54,466 nt of DNA from an uncultured Desulfohalobiaceae bacterium (GTDB lineage Bacteria > Desulfobacterota > Desulfovibrionia > Desulfovibrionales > Desulfothermaceae). This document shows positions 37,188-47,250 of the stretch, piece after piece. The stretch's first letter is position 1, and every line of letters begins with the position of its first letter. The translations under genes and the position numbers were made by a program. The DNA is taken from NCBI GenBank assembly GCA_964621385.1, contig CAZUMF010000001.1, positions 1 to 54,466 on the forward strand. Direction: 5' to 3'. Under the pieces are notes generated by a model that did not search any database, was not told where the DNA came from, and worked only from the letters and a program-made list of their open reading frames with translations.

Positions 37188-37961
37188 TCAACCCGGAAAA
37201 CATCCGACACACGTATGACCATCAACAAGACAGGTCAACAGGATAGCGGACATGAGTCTTCCAACATCGGTAAATCGTGGTGGAAGATCAATCACCCAGC
37301 CTTTTTGCCGGGCCAGAAGACTGAATGGCTTGGCAACTCGAGAATCATTCCTGTCCTTCGCTCTCTGGCTATCGCTGAGAGGCTTCTTAAAAATATGACT
37401 CGAAATATCTCTCTGAAAGGGGTTGCGGTCCGAATCATCATCGCTTAGGGCCTGCAAACGATTTTGCCGAGATTCCTCATACAGTCCACTCGCCTCGTTC
37501 TTGCGTCCACTCACCTGGCAAACTTCGGCCAGGTTGGCCATGGTCCCTGCATAGCCCACCCTTAAAATCTTTTGATACTGCAACCTTGCAAAATGATCAT
37601 ACTGTACCCTGTGCTTCTGTTCCAGGCGGAGATGAAACAAGGAACTCCTGGCCCGCCGTTGCACCTCCATATCGGCAATCCAATCCACCGCTTTACTCCA
37701 GAGATGCTTTGCCCTGCGATACCCTTGCTCAGCTTTTTTCAATTCTTCGATGAAACGAAATCCTACAGAACGGTTGTTGAGACTGCAGGCCAGTCTGGGA
37801 TCGTCATGCTCAAAGTTTCTAGTCAAGGCATGGGCCTTGTCCCAGAGTTCAATGGCCATCACATGGCGGCCCTGGAAAAAAGCAGACAGAGCCTCTTCAT
37901 TGTAAGAGACCCACAATGCATCCAAATCACTGCTGGCCGTCGGAGAATCTTGTCCACTCAT
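37188..37961 (-). CDS. hypothetical protein (possibly TPR-like helical repeats)
   Basis: 257-aa ORF with no confidently recognised family. Confidence 0.4.
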   Translation of the reverse strand: MSGQDSPTASSDLDALWVSYNEEALSAFFQGRHVMAIELWDKAHALTRNFEHDDPRLACSLNNRSVGFRFIEELKKAEQGYRRAKHLWSKAVDWIADMEVQRRARSSLFHLRLEQKHRVQYDHFARLQYQKILRVGYAGTMANLAEVCQVSGRKNEASGLYEESRQNRLQALSDDDSDRNPFQRDISSHIFKKPLSDSQRAKDRNDSRVAKPFSLLARQKGWVIDLPPRFTDVGRLMSAILLTCLVDGHTCVGCFPG

Positions 37962-38018
37962 GCCCTATCCCTTCACACCATAGCAGGACGAATTCTACAC
38001 ATTGCAAGACCAATGCCA

Positions 38019-38729
38019 TCAGATACCCAAATAGGCTTTCCGGACATGTTGATTATCCATTAGGCCATGCGTTTCACCCTCAAGCGCCATCTTCCCAACT
38101 TCCAACACATACCCATATTCAGCCAATTGAAGAGCCAATTCAGCATTTTGTTCCACAAGAATAATCGACACACCTCTTTTGTTTATCTCAACAAGAATAT
38201 CCGCTATTTCTTTGACCACAAGCGGGGCCAGACCCAGAGAGGGCTCATCCAGCATGAGGAGTTGTGGATCTGACATTAAAGCCCGCCCAATGGCCAGCAT
38301 CTGCTGCTCACCGCCACTCATGGTGTGGGCCACCTGGCTGGTTCGTTCGGCAAGTCTTGGAAAATGATGAAACACTTTCTCCATATCCCGTTGCACGCCT
38401 TTTTTCTCTGATCGGGTGAAAGCGCCGAGTAAGAGATTCTCCCTTACAGTAAGCTCCGGGAAAACCCGTCTGCCCTCTGGGACATGGGCGATGCCAAGCT
38501 TGAGAACCCTGTCAGGAGATAAGCCTGTTATCGGTTGGCCCTTATAGACAATTTTCCCATGACTGGGACGAACCAGACCGGAAATAGCACGCAATGTCGT
38601 GCTCTTGCCGGCCCCGTTCGATCCGATGATTGTGATCATTTGCCTGTCTTTCAGCTGCAAGGAAATTCCCTGAAGCGCTGCAACCATCTGATAATGGACA
38701 ACAATGTCCTGAAGTTCTAGTAGTGGCAT
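38019..38729 (-). CDS. livF: branched-chain-amino-acid-type ABC transporter ATP-binding protein (LivF-like)
   Basis: 236-aa ORF with Walker A GSNGAGKSTT, signature MSGGEQQMLAIGRAL and Walker B LLMLDEPS. Confidence 0.9.
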   Translation of the reverse strand: MPLLELQDIVVHYQMVAALQGISLQLKDRQMITIIGSNGAGKSTTLRAISGLVRPSHGKIVYKGQPITGLSPDRVLKLGIAHVPEGRRVFPELTVRENLLLGAFTRSEKKGVQRDMEKVFHHFPRLAERTSQVAHTMSGGEQQMLAIGRALMSDPQLLMLDEPSLGLAPLVVKEIADILVEINKRGVSIILVEQNAELALQLAEYGYVLEVGKMALEGETHGLMDNQHVRKAYLGI

Positions 38730-38730
38730 G

Positions 38731-39483
38731 TCATTTTACCCCGAGATACGCTTCAATGACCTGATCATTGGCCTGAATCTCCTCAGGCGATCCATTTGCC
38801 AGGAGCTTGCCGAAATTGAGCACGAAAATTTTCTCGCACAGTCCCATGACTGCCTTCATGTCATGTTCGACAAGAAAAATGGTCGTCCCATTGTTCTGAA
38901 TTTTCTTGACCAAATCCATCATGTGAGAGGTCTCCTCCGGATTCATCCCGGCAAAAGGCTCATCCAAGAGAAGTAGCTCTGGTTCTGCAGCCAGAGCTAC
39001 GGCTACAGCCAGTGTCCGTTGCGATCCCAAGGGCAGATTGAGGGCCAACTGGTCCTTTCTCTTGGTTAAGCCCATAAATTCTATAATATCTAAGGTTTTG
39101 GCCTCGGCTTCCTCTTGTTTTTTTCTATCCGTTCGAAACAAGGCTGAAAAAAAATTCGATCTGGCTTTGATATGGCAACCCATCAAGACATTTTCAAATA
39201 CAGTGAATTCTTGAAACAATGTCGTTTCCTGAAATGTTCGAACCAATCGTTTTTCAGCTATGGCGCTGGGCCCTAAACCGGTGATTTCCTCGCCGAGGAA
39301 CAAAATCTTTCCCTGATTGGGACTATGAAAACCAGTGATCGTCTTGAACAATACACTTTTCCCTGCTCCGTTCGGTCCGATCAGTCCCTGTATCATTCCT
39401 TGATCTACAGAAAAATTCACATCATGAACAGCAATCAATCCTCCAAATCGTTTGAACAATCCCTGAACTTGCAGTAAGGTCAT
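38731..39483 (-). CDS. livG: ABC transporter ATP-binding protein (LivG-like)
   Basis: 250-aa ORF with Walker A GPNGAGKS, KRFGGLIAVHDVNF and LLLLDEPFAGMNPEE. Confidence 0.9.
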   Translation of the reverse strand: MTLLQVQGLFKRFGGLIAVHDVNFSVDQGMIQGLIGPNGAGKSVLFKTITGFHSPNQGKILFLGEEITGLGPSAIAEKRLVRTFQETTLFQEFTVFENVLMGCHIKARSNFFSALFRTDRKKQEEAEAKTLDIIEFMGLTKRKDQLALNLPLGSQRTLAVAVALAAEPELLLLDEPFAGMNPEETSHMMDLVKKIQNNGTTIFLVEHDMKAVMGLCEKIFVLNFGKLLANGSPEEIQANDQVIEAYLGVK

Positions 39484-39546
39484 CCCTCGCTCCTCAATGT
39501 AGGCAATATCTCATCAACAATGTCCCGCGTTTCGAATACCTGGGAC

Positions 39547-40530
39547 TCATGTTCCTTCCTTTTCCTCAACTTCGGACGGACGGTGCAGAAGGCTGGATAT
39601 CTTAGCGGGCAGGCTTTCCAGTCCGTTGGGCAGGAACATGATGGTCATGATTAAAATGACTCCGTAGATGAGGGGTCGGAGTTCCTCGAATCCCCGGAAC
39701 CAGGTATTAAGCAAGGACAGGACAACGACTCCGATGATCGGTCCCTGAAAGGTCTGTATGCCACCGACGATCACCCAGATTAGTACGTAAATCATAATCC
39801 CCACGCCGAATTGGTGCGGATTGAGCGATCCCAGATAGTGAACGAACAGGACCCCGGCTATCCCGACGAAAAAAGAAGCCAGCACAAAAGCTGTTGTCTT
39901 GTAGCGCCAGGTATTGACACCTATCGATTCAGCCAGGACATCATTCCAATGAATCGAATGCAGGGTCAGCCCGATTCGCGAATTTTCTATCCGGTACAGG
40001 ATGCACAAGGAGATGGTCACAATGACAATGGTTAGAAAATAATAGGGAATCGGCTCCCAGATCTCAATGTTTCCCAGAATCGGCAGCGTGATATGGGGGG
40101 ATGGGATCAGGCTGATACCCTTGGGGCCTCCAAGGTCTTTAAAATAGACCCAGCACAAGCGAATAGCCTCACCGGCTGCAAATGAACCGATCAAGAAATA
40201 GAATCCCTTCATCCGAAACAATGAAAAACTGAGAAGAAAGGCCAAAAAACCCGTCAGCATCCCAGCTAAAGGCATGCTCAGCCAGAACGAGATTCCCAGT
40301 TCTTTGGTGATCAGGCCGCTTGCATAGGCACCCACTCCCATCAGAACGACGTGGATCAGCGAGAACTCACCGGTCAGGGTCATAAGCCTGTAGCTGACCA
40401 CGACCAGAATATTGATCAAAAGAAAAATCATGAAATCCTGGTATTGGTATGGCAGGAAAAAAGGTAGGGCCGAAAGAAATGCAAAGAGGCCCAACAACCC
40501 CAGTATGTATGAGAATCGATTCATAAACAT
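39547..40530 (-). CDS. livM: ABC transporter permease (LivM-like)
   Basis: 327-aa polytopic membrane ORF within the Liv-type operon. Confidence 0.85.
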   Translation of the reverse strand: MFMNRFSYILGLLGLFAFLSALPFFLPYQYQDFMIFLLINILVVVSYRLMTLTGEFSLIHVVLMGVGAYASGLITKELGISFWLSMPLAGMLTGFLAFLLSFSLFRMKGFYFLIGSFAAGEAIRLCWVYFKDLGGPKGISLIPSPHITLPILGNIEIWEPIPYYFLTIVIVTISLCILYRIENSRIGLTLHSIHWNDVLAESIGVNTWRYKTTAFVLASFFVGIAGVLFVHYLGSLNPHQFGVGIMIYVLIWVIVGGIQTFQGPIIGVVVLSLLNTWFRGFEELRPLIYGVILIMTIMFLPNGLESLPAKISSLLHRPSEVEEKEGT

Positions 40531-41417
40531 TATTCCGTCTTCCTGGCTCCTAAAATTCCTGTTGGTTTGGCCACTAAAACCAGCAGCATAATCACAAGGC
40601 CCAAGATTGTGGCCAAACTGCCGGAGAAATAGGTACTTATAAACGTGTAGAAAAAGGCGTACAGCACTGCGGCCATAACCGCTCCTGTCAGACTGCCCAG
40701 CCCGCCCACCAAAGTCACGATCAAGGCGGTGATAATGACAGCGTGGCCCATATAGGGCTCCACCCGGGTCAGGGGTGCCATCATGGCCCCGGCTGCTCCG
40801 GCTGAAAAGGCACTGATGATCATGGCCAGGATGGAAATCTGGTTGATATTGATTCCTTGAAGCTCTGCTGCCTCTCGATCCTGGGCTACGGCCCTGAGGG
40901 CCCAGCCCAGTTTGGTCTTGGTCAGTAAAAAACCGATCAGAAAAAGCAAGACAGCTGACACCACAAGGGCCAGGAGGCGTTGGGCCGATACGGTCACTCC
41001 GCTCACGATCTCTATCGTCCCCCGAACCGATGGGGGGATATGCTTCATAAGACCAAGCCCCCCGATTTCCACGGCCAGAACCTGGAGTATAAACAAGGCC
41101 CCGATGGAATTGATCAGACCTCCAAGCGGATTGTCACGCATGGGGCGGAACAGTCCCAGTTCCATGATCAAGCCGATAAGAGTGACGATGAGGCAGGCCG
41201 CTATTCCAGCCAGGAAAAACGGCCAGCCGGATACGGAATACAGGTACCAAACCCCGTAAGCCCCAGCCATGTATAATTCTCCATGGGCCAGGTTGATGAC
41301 GCCCATAACCCCGAAGATGAGCACCAAGCCCACGGCTACCAGGGCAAAAAAACTACTGGCAACTAAGCTGTTGACGCAGGTCTGCAAAAAGACTTCCACG
41401 GTCCAGATCCTCCTCAA
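40530..41417 (-). CDS. livH: ABC transporter permease (LivH-like)
   Basis: 295-aa polytopic membrane ORF with VINLAHGELYMAGAY typical of LivH. The exact start is uncertain. Confidence 0.85.
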   Translation of the reverse strand: MRRIWTVEVFLQTCVNSLVASSFFALVAVGLVLIFGVMGVINLAHGELYMAGAYGVWYLYSVSGWPFFLAGIAACLIVTLIGLIMELGLFRPMRDNPLGGLINSIGALFILQVLAVEIGGLGLMKHIPPSVRGTIEIVSGVTVSAQRLLALVVSAVLLFLIGFLLTKTKLGWALRAVAQDREAAELQGININQISILAMIISAFSAGAAGAMMAPLTRVEPYMGHAVIITALIVTLVGGLGSLTGAVMAAVLYAFFYTFISTYFSGSLATILGLVIMLLVLVAKPTGILGARKTE

Positions 41418-41462
41418 AAAGAGACCAGGAGTTCCTCCTCCCGGTCTCTTGTCTTGTCAAGG

Positions 41463-42740
41463 CTATTTCTGATAGTACATGAGGTTCATTTTTTCCTGAT
41501 GCTTGATGTAGACATCCTTGTGCTTGGCCCACCAATCCGGGATGCTTCTGTATTCCATGATCTTGGCCTTCCCGTCGTTGATGACCACAACCGGCCAGTT
41601 GCCCACCAGGGCATTGTCGATCCCCCAGAGTTCCTTACCCCACCATTTTGCCTTTCCAAAGGCGTGAGGGGCTTTACCACCGGCTTTCATGGCCTTGAAG
41701 ACATCCATGGATTCGATGCTGCCTGCCTGTTGTGCACCCGCCATCCAGAGGTCCATGATAGATGCGTACTCCCAGGCCACAGCCGACCATGTTCCTGGGT
41801 GCCGCTTGACGAACTCGGCATAAAACTTATTGGGATTTCTGAAGTTGATCTGAGGTTCATTGAGGGCCGGGTCATCGAAGTCCGGAAACTGAAAGATCGT
41901 GCCTTCCATGAATTCCTTGCTCGTTTTTTCAATGATCTCGGGATAATTGTCATAGGTGCAGGAAATGATCTTACCCTTGAAACCCTTATGATAGGCCTGA
42001 ACCGAAATCAAATTGACGAAATCGGCATAGGCGGTGTCTAAGCAGAGAATATCAGGGTCTTTGGCCAGTAGTGAGGTCACCACCGGGGCAAAGTCCGTCG
42101 TGGAGATATCGAAAATGTTCTCCTTGATGACTTCCATCCCGGACACTTCGAAGGCGGCCCGATAGGTGGCGATTGAAGGGTTGCCCAGGGCATCGTCCTG
42201 GGCACACATGGCCACGGTCTTCAAGTTTGGAAAATTCTCCGACAACCACTCTACTCCGGTGACGTTGTAAATCGGGTGCACCTCGCAAGGAGCCACATGG
42301 TAGGGAGCATCCGGATTCAAATCACTGGGCAGCAAGGTGGTGGTCAGCATCCGACTCTTTGTGGCGAAACGCTGCACTGCCGGCCAGGTGCTTCCCCCCA
42401 GCATCATGATCATCTTGACATCGTTTTCCATGACCAGCTTCTTGGCACCACGAAGCGCCTTATCCGGCTGGTATTCATTGTCATAGGAGACAAATTCGAC
42501 TAAGTAATTGGTGTCACCCACCTTGATGCCGCCTTTAGCGTTGATCCATTCCGCCCAGATCTCACAGCCGTACAATCCGGGCAGACCCCAGGCCGCCACC
42601 TCACCGGTCAGCGGAGCCAGAAAACCGATCTTGACTGTTTCTGTTTTTCCACTGCCAAAAGAGACACCCGGCAGCCCAATCCCGGCTAGGGCCGCCCCAG
42701 CGGCACTCGCCTGCAAAAATTGTCTTCGTGTAATACCCAT
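41463..42740 (-). CDS. Liv/AmiC-type periplasmic substrate-binding protein with a twin-arginine signal
   Basis: 425-aa ORF. The N-terminus MGITRRQFLQASAAGAALAGIG is a Tat-type motif. Type-I periplasmic binding fold pattern (VKIGFLAPLTGEVAAWG). Ends in TAG, followed by 1 codon and then TGA. Confidence 0.85.
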   Translation of the reverse strand: MGITRRQFLQASAAGAALAGIGLPGVSFGSGKTETVKIGFLAPLTGEVAAWGLPGLYGCEIWAEWINAKGGIKVGDTNYLVEFVSYDNEYQPDKALRGAKKLVMENDVKMIMMLGGSTWPAVQRFATKSRMLTTTLLPSDLNPDAPYHVAPCEVHPIYNVTGVEWLSENFPNLKTVAMCAQDDALGNPSIATYRAAFEVSGMEVIKENIFDISTTDFAPVVTSLLAKDPDILCLDTAYADFVNLISVQAYHKGFKGKIISCTYDNYPEIIEKTSKEFMEGTIFQFPDFDDPALNEPQINFRNPNKFYAEFVKRHPGTWSAVAWEYASIMDLWMAGAQQAGSIESMDVFKAMKAGGKAPHAFGKAKWWGKELWGIDNALVGNWPVVVINDGKAKIMEYRSIPDWWAKHKDVYIKHQEKMNLMYYQK

Positions 42741-42971
42741 AATACCCCCCGAATAAAGATTTGTTCTTCCATTTTGTTGGGGAATGCTCAGGAAAATGTT
42801 CGTTTCCAGAAGTCAGCGCAACTCTGATCAACCGAAACAAAAACAGTGCATCCGACGGTGGGGGAGCGGAACCAAGCGCAGCAAACCGCTCCCTTCACAG
42901 CTCCAATACTCAAAACACCTCCTCAGCGCTTTGATTCAAGGAACCGTTCCACCGCCTAAAAACCATCAGCC

Positions 42972-44450
42972 TCAAGCCGCTGCCTCCCGTTCTTTGGCCT
43001 CGGCCTCCTCGACAATCGACCTCAATTTCGACAGGACTTCAGCCGGCAGTTCAGTGACCTTGTGTTTTTCCAGAATCTCTCGGGCCCTCTCACCGGCCAC
43101 CTCGGCCAGATCCTTGCCTCCGCGTTTCTGCCACGCACCCCGCATCCTGCGGTCAATCAACTTCACTTTTGACTGCTCCGTTCCCATATACTGTCTGGTG
43201 TGTTTCTGGGCCAGAAAGTCCTTACCCGAGCCTACCTTCTTGATCAGTTCAACCGCCAAGGTGTCATCTGACACATTGACTCCTTGAACCACTCGCTTGA
43301 CCATGGCGGCAATCTCATTATCCATGACGAGCTGGGCAAAACTGAAGGTCACCCCCAGTTCCAGCATGCCCATCCCATAGATCAGATTCGCCCCGGCCAA
43401 GGCAGGCAACAGGGAAGTGATGGTTTTTTCGTGTCCGGCCTGAGCATCGGACACTTTGCTGTCTGCCTAATTCCCCGCCACATAACTTGGCAACCGGTAG
43501 TAACGGGCCAGTCCCGCCACACCCGCACTGAGCATGCCCAGCTCCGGAGCGCCGACTGGAGCCGTGGCATAGGTCAGGTCAAAGGTTGTTGTGGAACTGC
43601 CGTAAATCAGCGGGGCCCCTTTGGCCGTCAGCTGACTCAAGACGACACCAGCCAAGACCTCAGCATTGTGCGTGACCAGAGTACCGGCCACAGAAACCGG
43701 TGAGGAACCCCCTGACATGGCCATGGACAATACATTGCAAGGCATCCCGGCCCGGGCGCATTCGATGATGATCTCCGCATTGGCAGCGTGGAGCTCCAAG
43801 GGACTTGTCGGACAGATAAGGGCCGAAACGAGCGGTCTTTCCCTGAGCTTATCAGGGCCTCCCACAATCTCGGCCGCCATTTCAAAGAACTTTTTCGCCC
43901 CTTCACCGCCCGAGAGATCGATGTGCTGGCAATGCTTGCAGGTGTTGGTCAAGAAAGCCTCGGCCTCATTGAGGTCCGTGGCCAAATCCTTATCCCTGGC
44001 CACGACAGCACTGGAATACACATCAACATGTTCCAGGGCATCACAGGCCAGGGCTGTCCAGCCCACGTCCTTTTTGTTGGATTCTCGAAGTTCACCGTTA
44101 TACGGGTCCACCATCATTACTCCGGCCCCGAAGCTGGTAAAGCCCACCCGGCCCCCTTGCAGGGTCACGTCGTATTCAGGGGTTCTGCCTGCCATCAAAA
44201 TAGTGCTGGGGGCTGAAGAAATGGCATCCTCCACCAGGTAAGACGGAATCTTCACATGTTTGTTCTCCCAGTCAACAATCGCTCCACCACCATCGAATAT
44301 TTTCAGGGCTTCTTCACTATAAACCCCGACCCCGTAATTCTGAAGAACATCCAGGGTCGCCAGATGGATTTCGTTGAGCTGGTCGTCCGTGAACATGCTC
44401 AGACCCCAACCTTCCTGAGTGCTTATGCCAGGTTGAAGTCCTCGAATCAT
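42972..44450 (-). CDS. mttB: trimethylamine:corrinoid methyltransferase MttB (copy 2) with an in-frame UAG (pyrrolysine) at 43467..43469
   Basis: Track ORFs 43467..44528 and 42972..43454 share a frame and are separated only by TAG. The start is taken at MIRGLQ (44450), preceded by aaaggaggtg-N5. The joined product is 492 aa. Terminates in TGA. Confidence 0.9.
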
Positions 44451-44585
44451 TTTCACACCTCCTTTTCTTTTGAGATTGACTGTTTTGTCTTGTAATGTTT
44501 GTTCCTGATCTGTCATCACCTCCTTCATGAGTCAGGTTGTGCCAGCATACAGCCAAGCAAGAGACTCAGGAATCGAATGTTCCTT

Positions 44586-45230
44586 TTACTTGATGAGTTC
44601 TTTGGCCTTGGGCACCGCATCATTTGCATCTTCTGCATAGCAGTCCGCGCCGATCTTGTCGGCCCAGTCCTGAGTTGCTGCCGCACCGCCGATCATGGTT
44701 TTGACTTTGTCTCGTATCCCGGCCTTTTTCAGTTCTTCCTCAACCTGTTTCTGACCAATCATGGTCGTGGTCATCAGAGCCGAGGAGCCGACAATGTCGG
44801 CGTTTAACTCCTTGGCCTTCTCCACAAAGACATTGATCGGCACATCCCTGCCGAGATCCGTCACTTCGAAACCATAGACCCGAAGGATGGTGCACAGAAT
44901 CCGCTTGCCGATATCGTGTATGTCTCCTTCGACCGTTCCGATCACGGCTCTGGCAAGGGGTTCGACAACCTCGTCCTTGGGTATGTGGGGCTCTAAGATC
45001 TCGATGGCCTTGGTCATGGCCTCTGCTGCCACCAGAACCCCGGGAAGTGGAATTTCTTCGTTGGCAAAACCTTCCCCGACTTCCGTCATCCCTGCAGAAA
45101 AGCCTTCATTGATGATTTCAAGTGGGCTTATGCCTTCTGCAAGGACCTGGTTGGCCACTGCTGCAGCCATGTCTTCGTCACCATCCAACAAAGCCTGTTT
45201 GCTTTTTTTCAACAAATCTTCTTTGCTCAC
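44586..45230 (-). CDS. mttC: corrinoid protein (MttC-like by position)
   Basis: 214-aa ORF with a cap domain and a B12-binding domain carrying GDIHDIGKRI. It lies directly upstream of mttB copy 2. The symbol is assigned from adjacency only. Confidence 0.85.
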   Translation of the reverse strand: MSKEDLLKKSKQALLDGDEDMAAAVANQVLAEGISPLEIINEGFSAGMTEVGEGFANEEIPLPGVLVAAEAMTKAIEILEPHIPKDEVVEPLARAVIGTVEGDIHDIGKRILCTILRVYGFEVTDLGRDVPINVFVEKAKELNADIVGSSALMTTTMIGQKQVEEELKKAGIRDKVKTMIGGAAATQDWADKIGADCYAEDANDAVPKAKELIK

Positions 45231-45342
45231 GTCGTCACCTCCTTTCTTTCCAGTATTCTCATCAGCAAATTCAATGAAATATCCAAATAATGAAACTCGA
45301 CCACCTCCTTTTGTATTAACCCCAAGAGTTAGATCAGGACTT

Positions 45343-45783
45343 TCAAAAAACTGTTTTTTCCGGTTCTACGAAACATTTCCGGATGACGTCCGGAACTTCC
45401 CATAATAACGAGGGCCAGGTATGCCGGGTTGGCTGCATGAGATGAAGAGCCTGCGTTAGAGGTTCAATCCGATCAAGAACTCGTTTAGCAAAGAAATATC
45501 CTTTTTTTCCAAAAATGACCGTCTCTGTGCTCTGCCCTGTGAGAGAGGGATCAAGAATTTTCAAGGCATTATTCATGGCTGTAACGGCCATCAGGACCGT
45601 TGGAAGAGCCGTTTTTTCCTGGGCAAACAAGTCAATGATCTCCAACATACCCGGGACAAGCCCGCGGTCGATGAACTGTACTGGATCAAGTCCATGTTCG
45701 ATGGTCATTCTGGCTGCGACAACCGCCTTATCGGTATCTCCTTCATAAACAGCCGCTGCTGCCTTCTCCACAAGTCTTTCCAT
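45343..45783 (-). CDS. corrinoid-protein cap (B12-binding_2) domain only; truncated or degenerate corrinoid protein
   Basis: 146-aa ORF. The first ~90 aa resemble the helical cap of the neighbouring corrinoid proteins (GLDPVQFIDRGLVPGMLEIIDLF...LPTVLMAVTAM). No DxHxxG or Rossmann part follows in any frame. Confidence 0.5.
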   Translation of the reverse strand: MERLVEKAAAAVYEGDTDKAVVAARMTIEHGLDPVQFIDRGLVPGMLEIIDLFAQEKTALPTVLMAVTAMNNALKILDPSLTGQSTETVIFGKKGYFFAKRVLDRIEPLTQALHLMQPTRHTWPSLLWEVPDVIRKCFVEPEKTVF

Positions 45784-45842
45784 ACCTGATTGTTATCCCG
45801 TCTGAGCCTTTGGATATCTGGTCCAAAGGCCCAGACAAAATA

Positions 45843-47240
45843 TTAGAGTTTGAATTCAAAGCCGATGCCTTCCATGGTCTTAATAGCCTGATCCAAAACA
45901 TCGAAGTGTTCTTTCGTGGGCATCAATGACTTCACGTCATAACACTCCTGAAAGGTCTTGCCCTTGGGGGCCTCTCTGAACTTGGTCTCGTAGAGGCTGA
46001 CCAGTTTGTCCAGCATGGAGTTTACTTTATCTGTTTCAACCCCGGCCACTGCTCTGGCGGCATAAGCCATAAAACGGGCTTCAATGGCTGTCGTCTTGTC
46101 GCGGGCAACACCCTTGGCTGAGGCACAGCCGCTCATTATTTCCATGCCGCTGGCCGTATCCGTGATGGCCTGGGCTGCTGCCTCCAAAAGGCACATCTCA
46201 GTGCAGGGTCCGGCAGAAGTGTAGTACTGATTTCCTAAAAGCAGATGTGTATGCTTATCAACGGCCCGGCAGGCATGTCCGGCGACCATCAACGGCTCCC
46301 TGGCCGTTGTATTGCCCCAGCGCACATGAATAGGACCGTCCAGATGCCAGTCGGCGCCGACCATGATGAATGCGGCGAGGTGGGTGGCCACGTTCACGAT
46401 TGAGGTCTCCTCGACCCCACCGGCCCAGCCACCGATAATCGGCATCTGTTCGCTCATGATGATGTTGCCTGCCAGTTTGTAATGGGCCGTAAAAGCGAGC
46501 GCGTTGATGTCAATCTTGAGTTCATTCAACTGGCTCACCTCGTGGCTGTCACACGGTCTCATGCCCTCTGGGAAATCGGCGGCGATCACTCCTGCGGCAG
46601 TCAGAGAAGTTTCGCTCCCCTACATGGCCATGCCGGGCCGACCGGCCCGGGTCATTGCAGCCCGAATCTGGGAGACCTCGCCTTTGACAGCGGCTATTTC
46701 CCATGGAGATCCGGGTTTGGGCTCTCTCCCGTTGATGGTGGCCAAGACCCCGTTAACGATGGTATCCACCAGGGGCTCCCGGGCAAAAGCTTCATGCATG
46801 GCGATGAAGCAGTCCTCGGAAACAGGCGCTCCGGTGGGTCCACCTTGGCACAGGGGTGGTATTGGGCTGTCGAACCTTCTGGGCGCCAACCGCCGTGCAT
46901 CACGACCCTCACCAAGGGTCAATTCTTTGGGGGCGCCGGCAACGGCCAGCAGGACCTCCTCTTCGGTGTACTTGATGATCCTGCCTGTATCCATGCAGTA
47001 GACACCCATCTCTACAAGCATCTCCAGACCGGCCTGAAACAGGCGATCAAGCATGTCCTCATCAGTGGGGATGATCTTGGTCCGGTCGAATTGCAGTTTG
47101 TACTTCTTTTTCAACTTGTTGGCGGTTTGGAACGTCACCTTTTGATCCCATTCCTTTTCGTCCATCCGTGGTCCGGTGCGTGCTCGATCATAGGTCTCGA
47201 ACACGCCCACTTTGTCTCTGAAGCGAGTAAAGCCCATCAT
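45843..47240 (-). CDS. mtmB: monomethylamine:corrinoid methyltransferase MtmB with an in-frame UAG (pyrrolysine) at 46620..46622
   Basis: Track ORFs 46620..47240 and 45843..46589 share a frame and are separated only by TAG. RAGRPGMAM-O-GSETSLTAAG and DSHEVSQLNELKID, HLDGPIHVRWG, GPCTEMCLLEAAAQAITDTASG and GKTFQECYDVK match my recollection of Methanosarcina MtmB. The joined product is 465 aa. Terminates in TAA. Confidence 0.9.
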
Positions 47241-47250
47241 TCACCTCCTT

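Noticed and set aside
42862-42893. A GGGAGCGG / CCGCTCCC hairpin downstream of mttB copy 2, considered as a terminator.
   Set aside because: The loop is 16 nt and no T-run follows directly on the minus strand, so it is not convincing as an intrinsic terminator.
44451-44528. An alternative upstream start for mttB copy 2 (MKEVMTDQ...).
   Set aside because: The ATG at 44528 has no SD. The internal ATG at 44450 follows a near-perfect aaaggaggtg with good spacing and gives a length matching copy 1. The longer form cannot be excluded.
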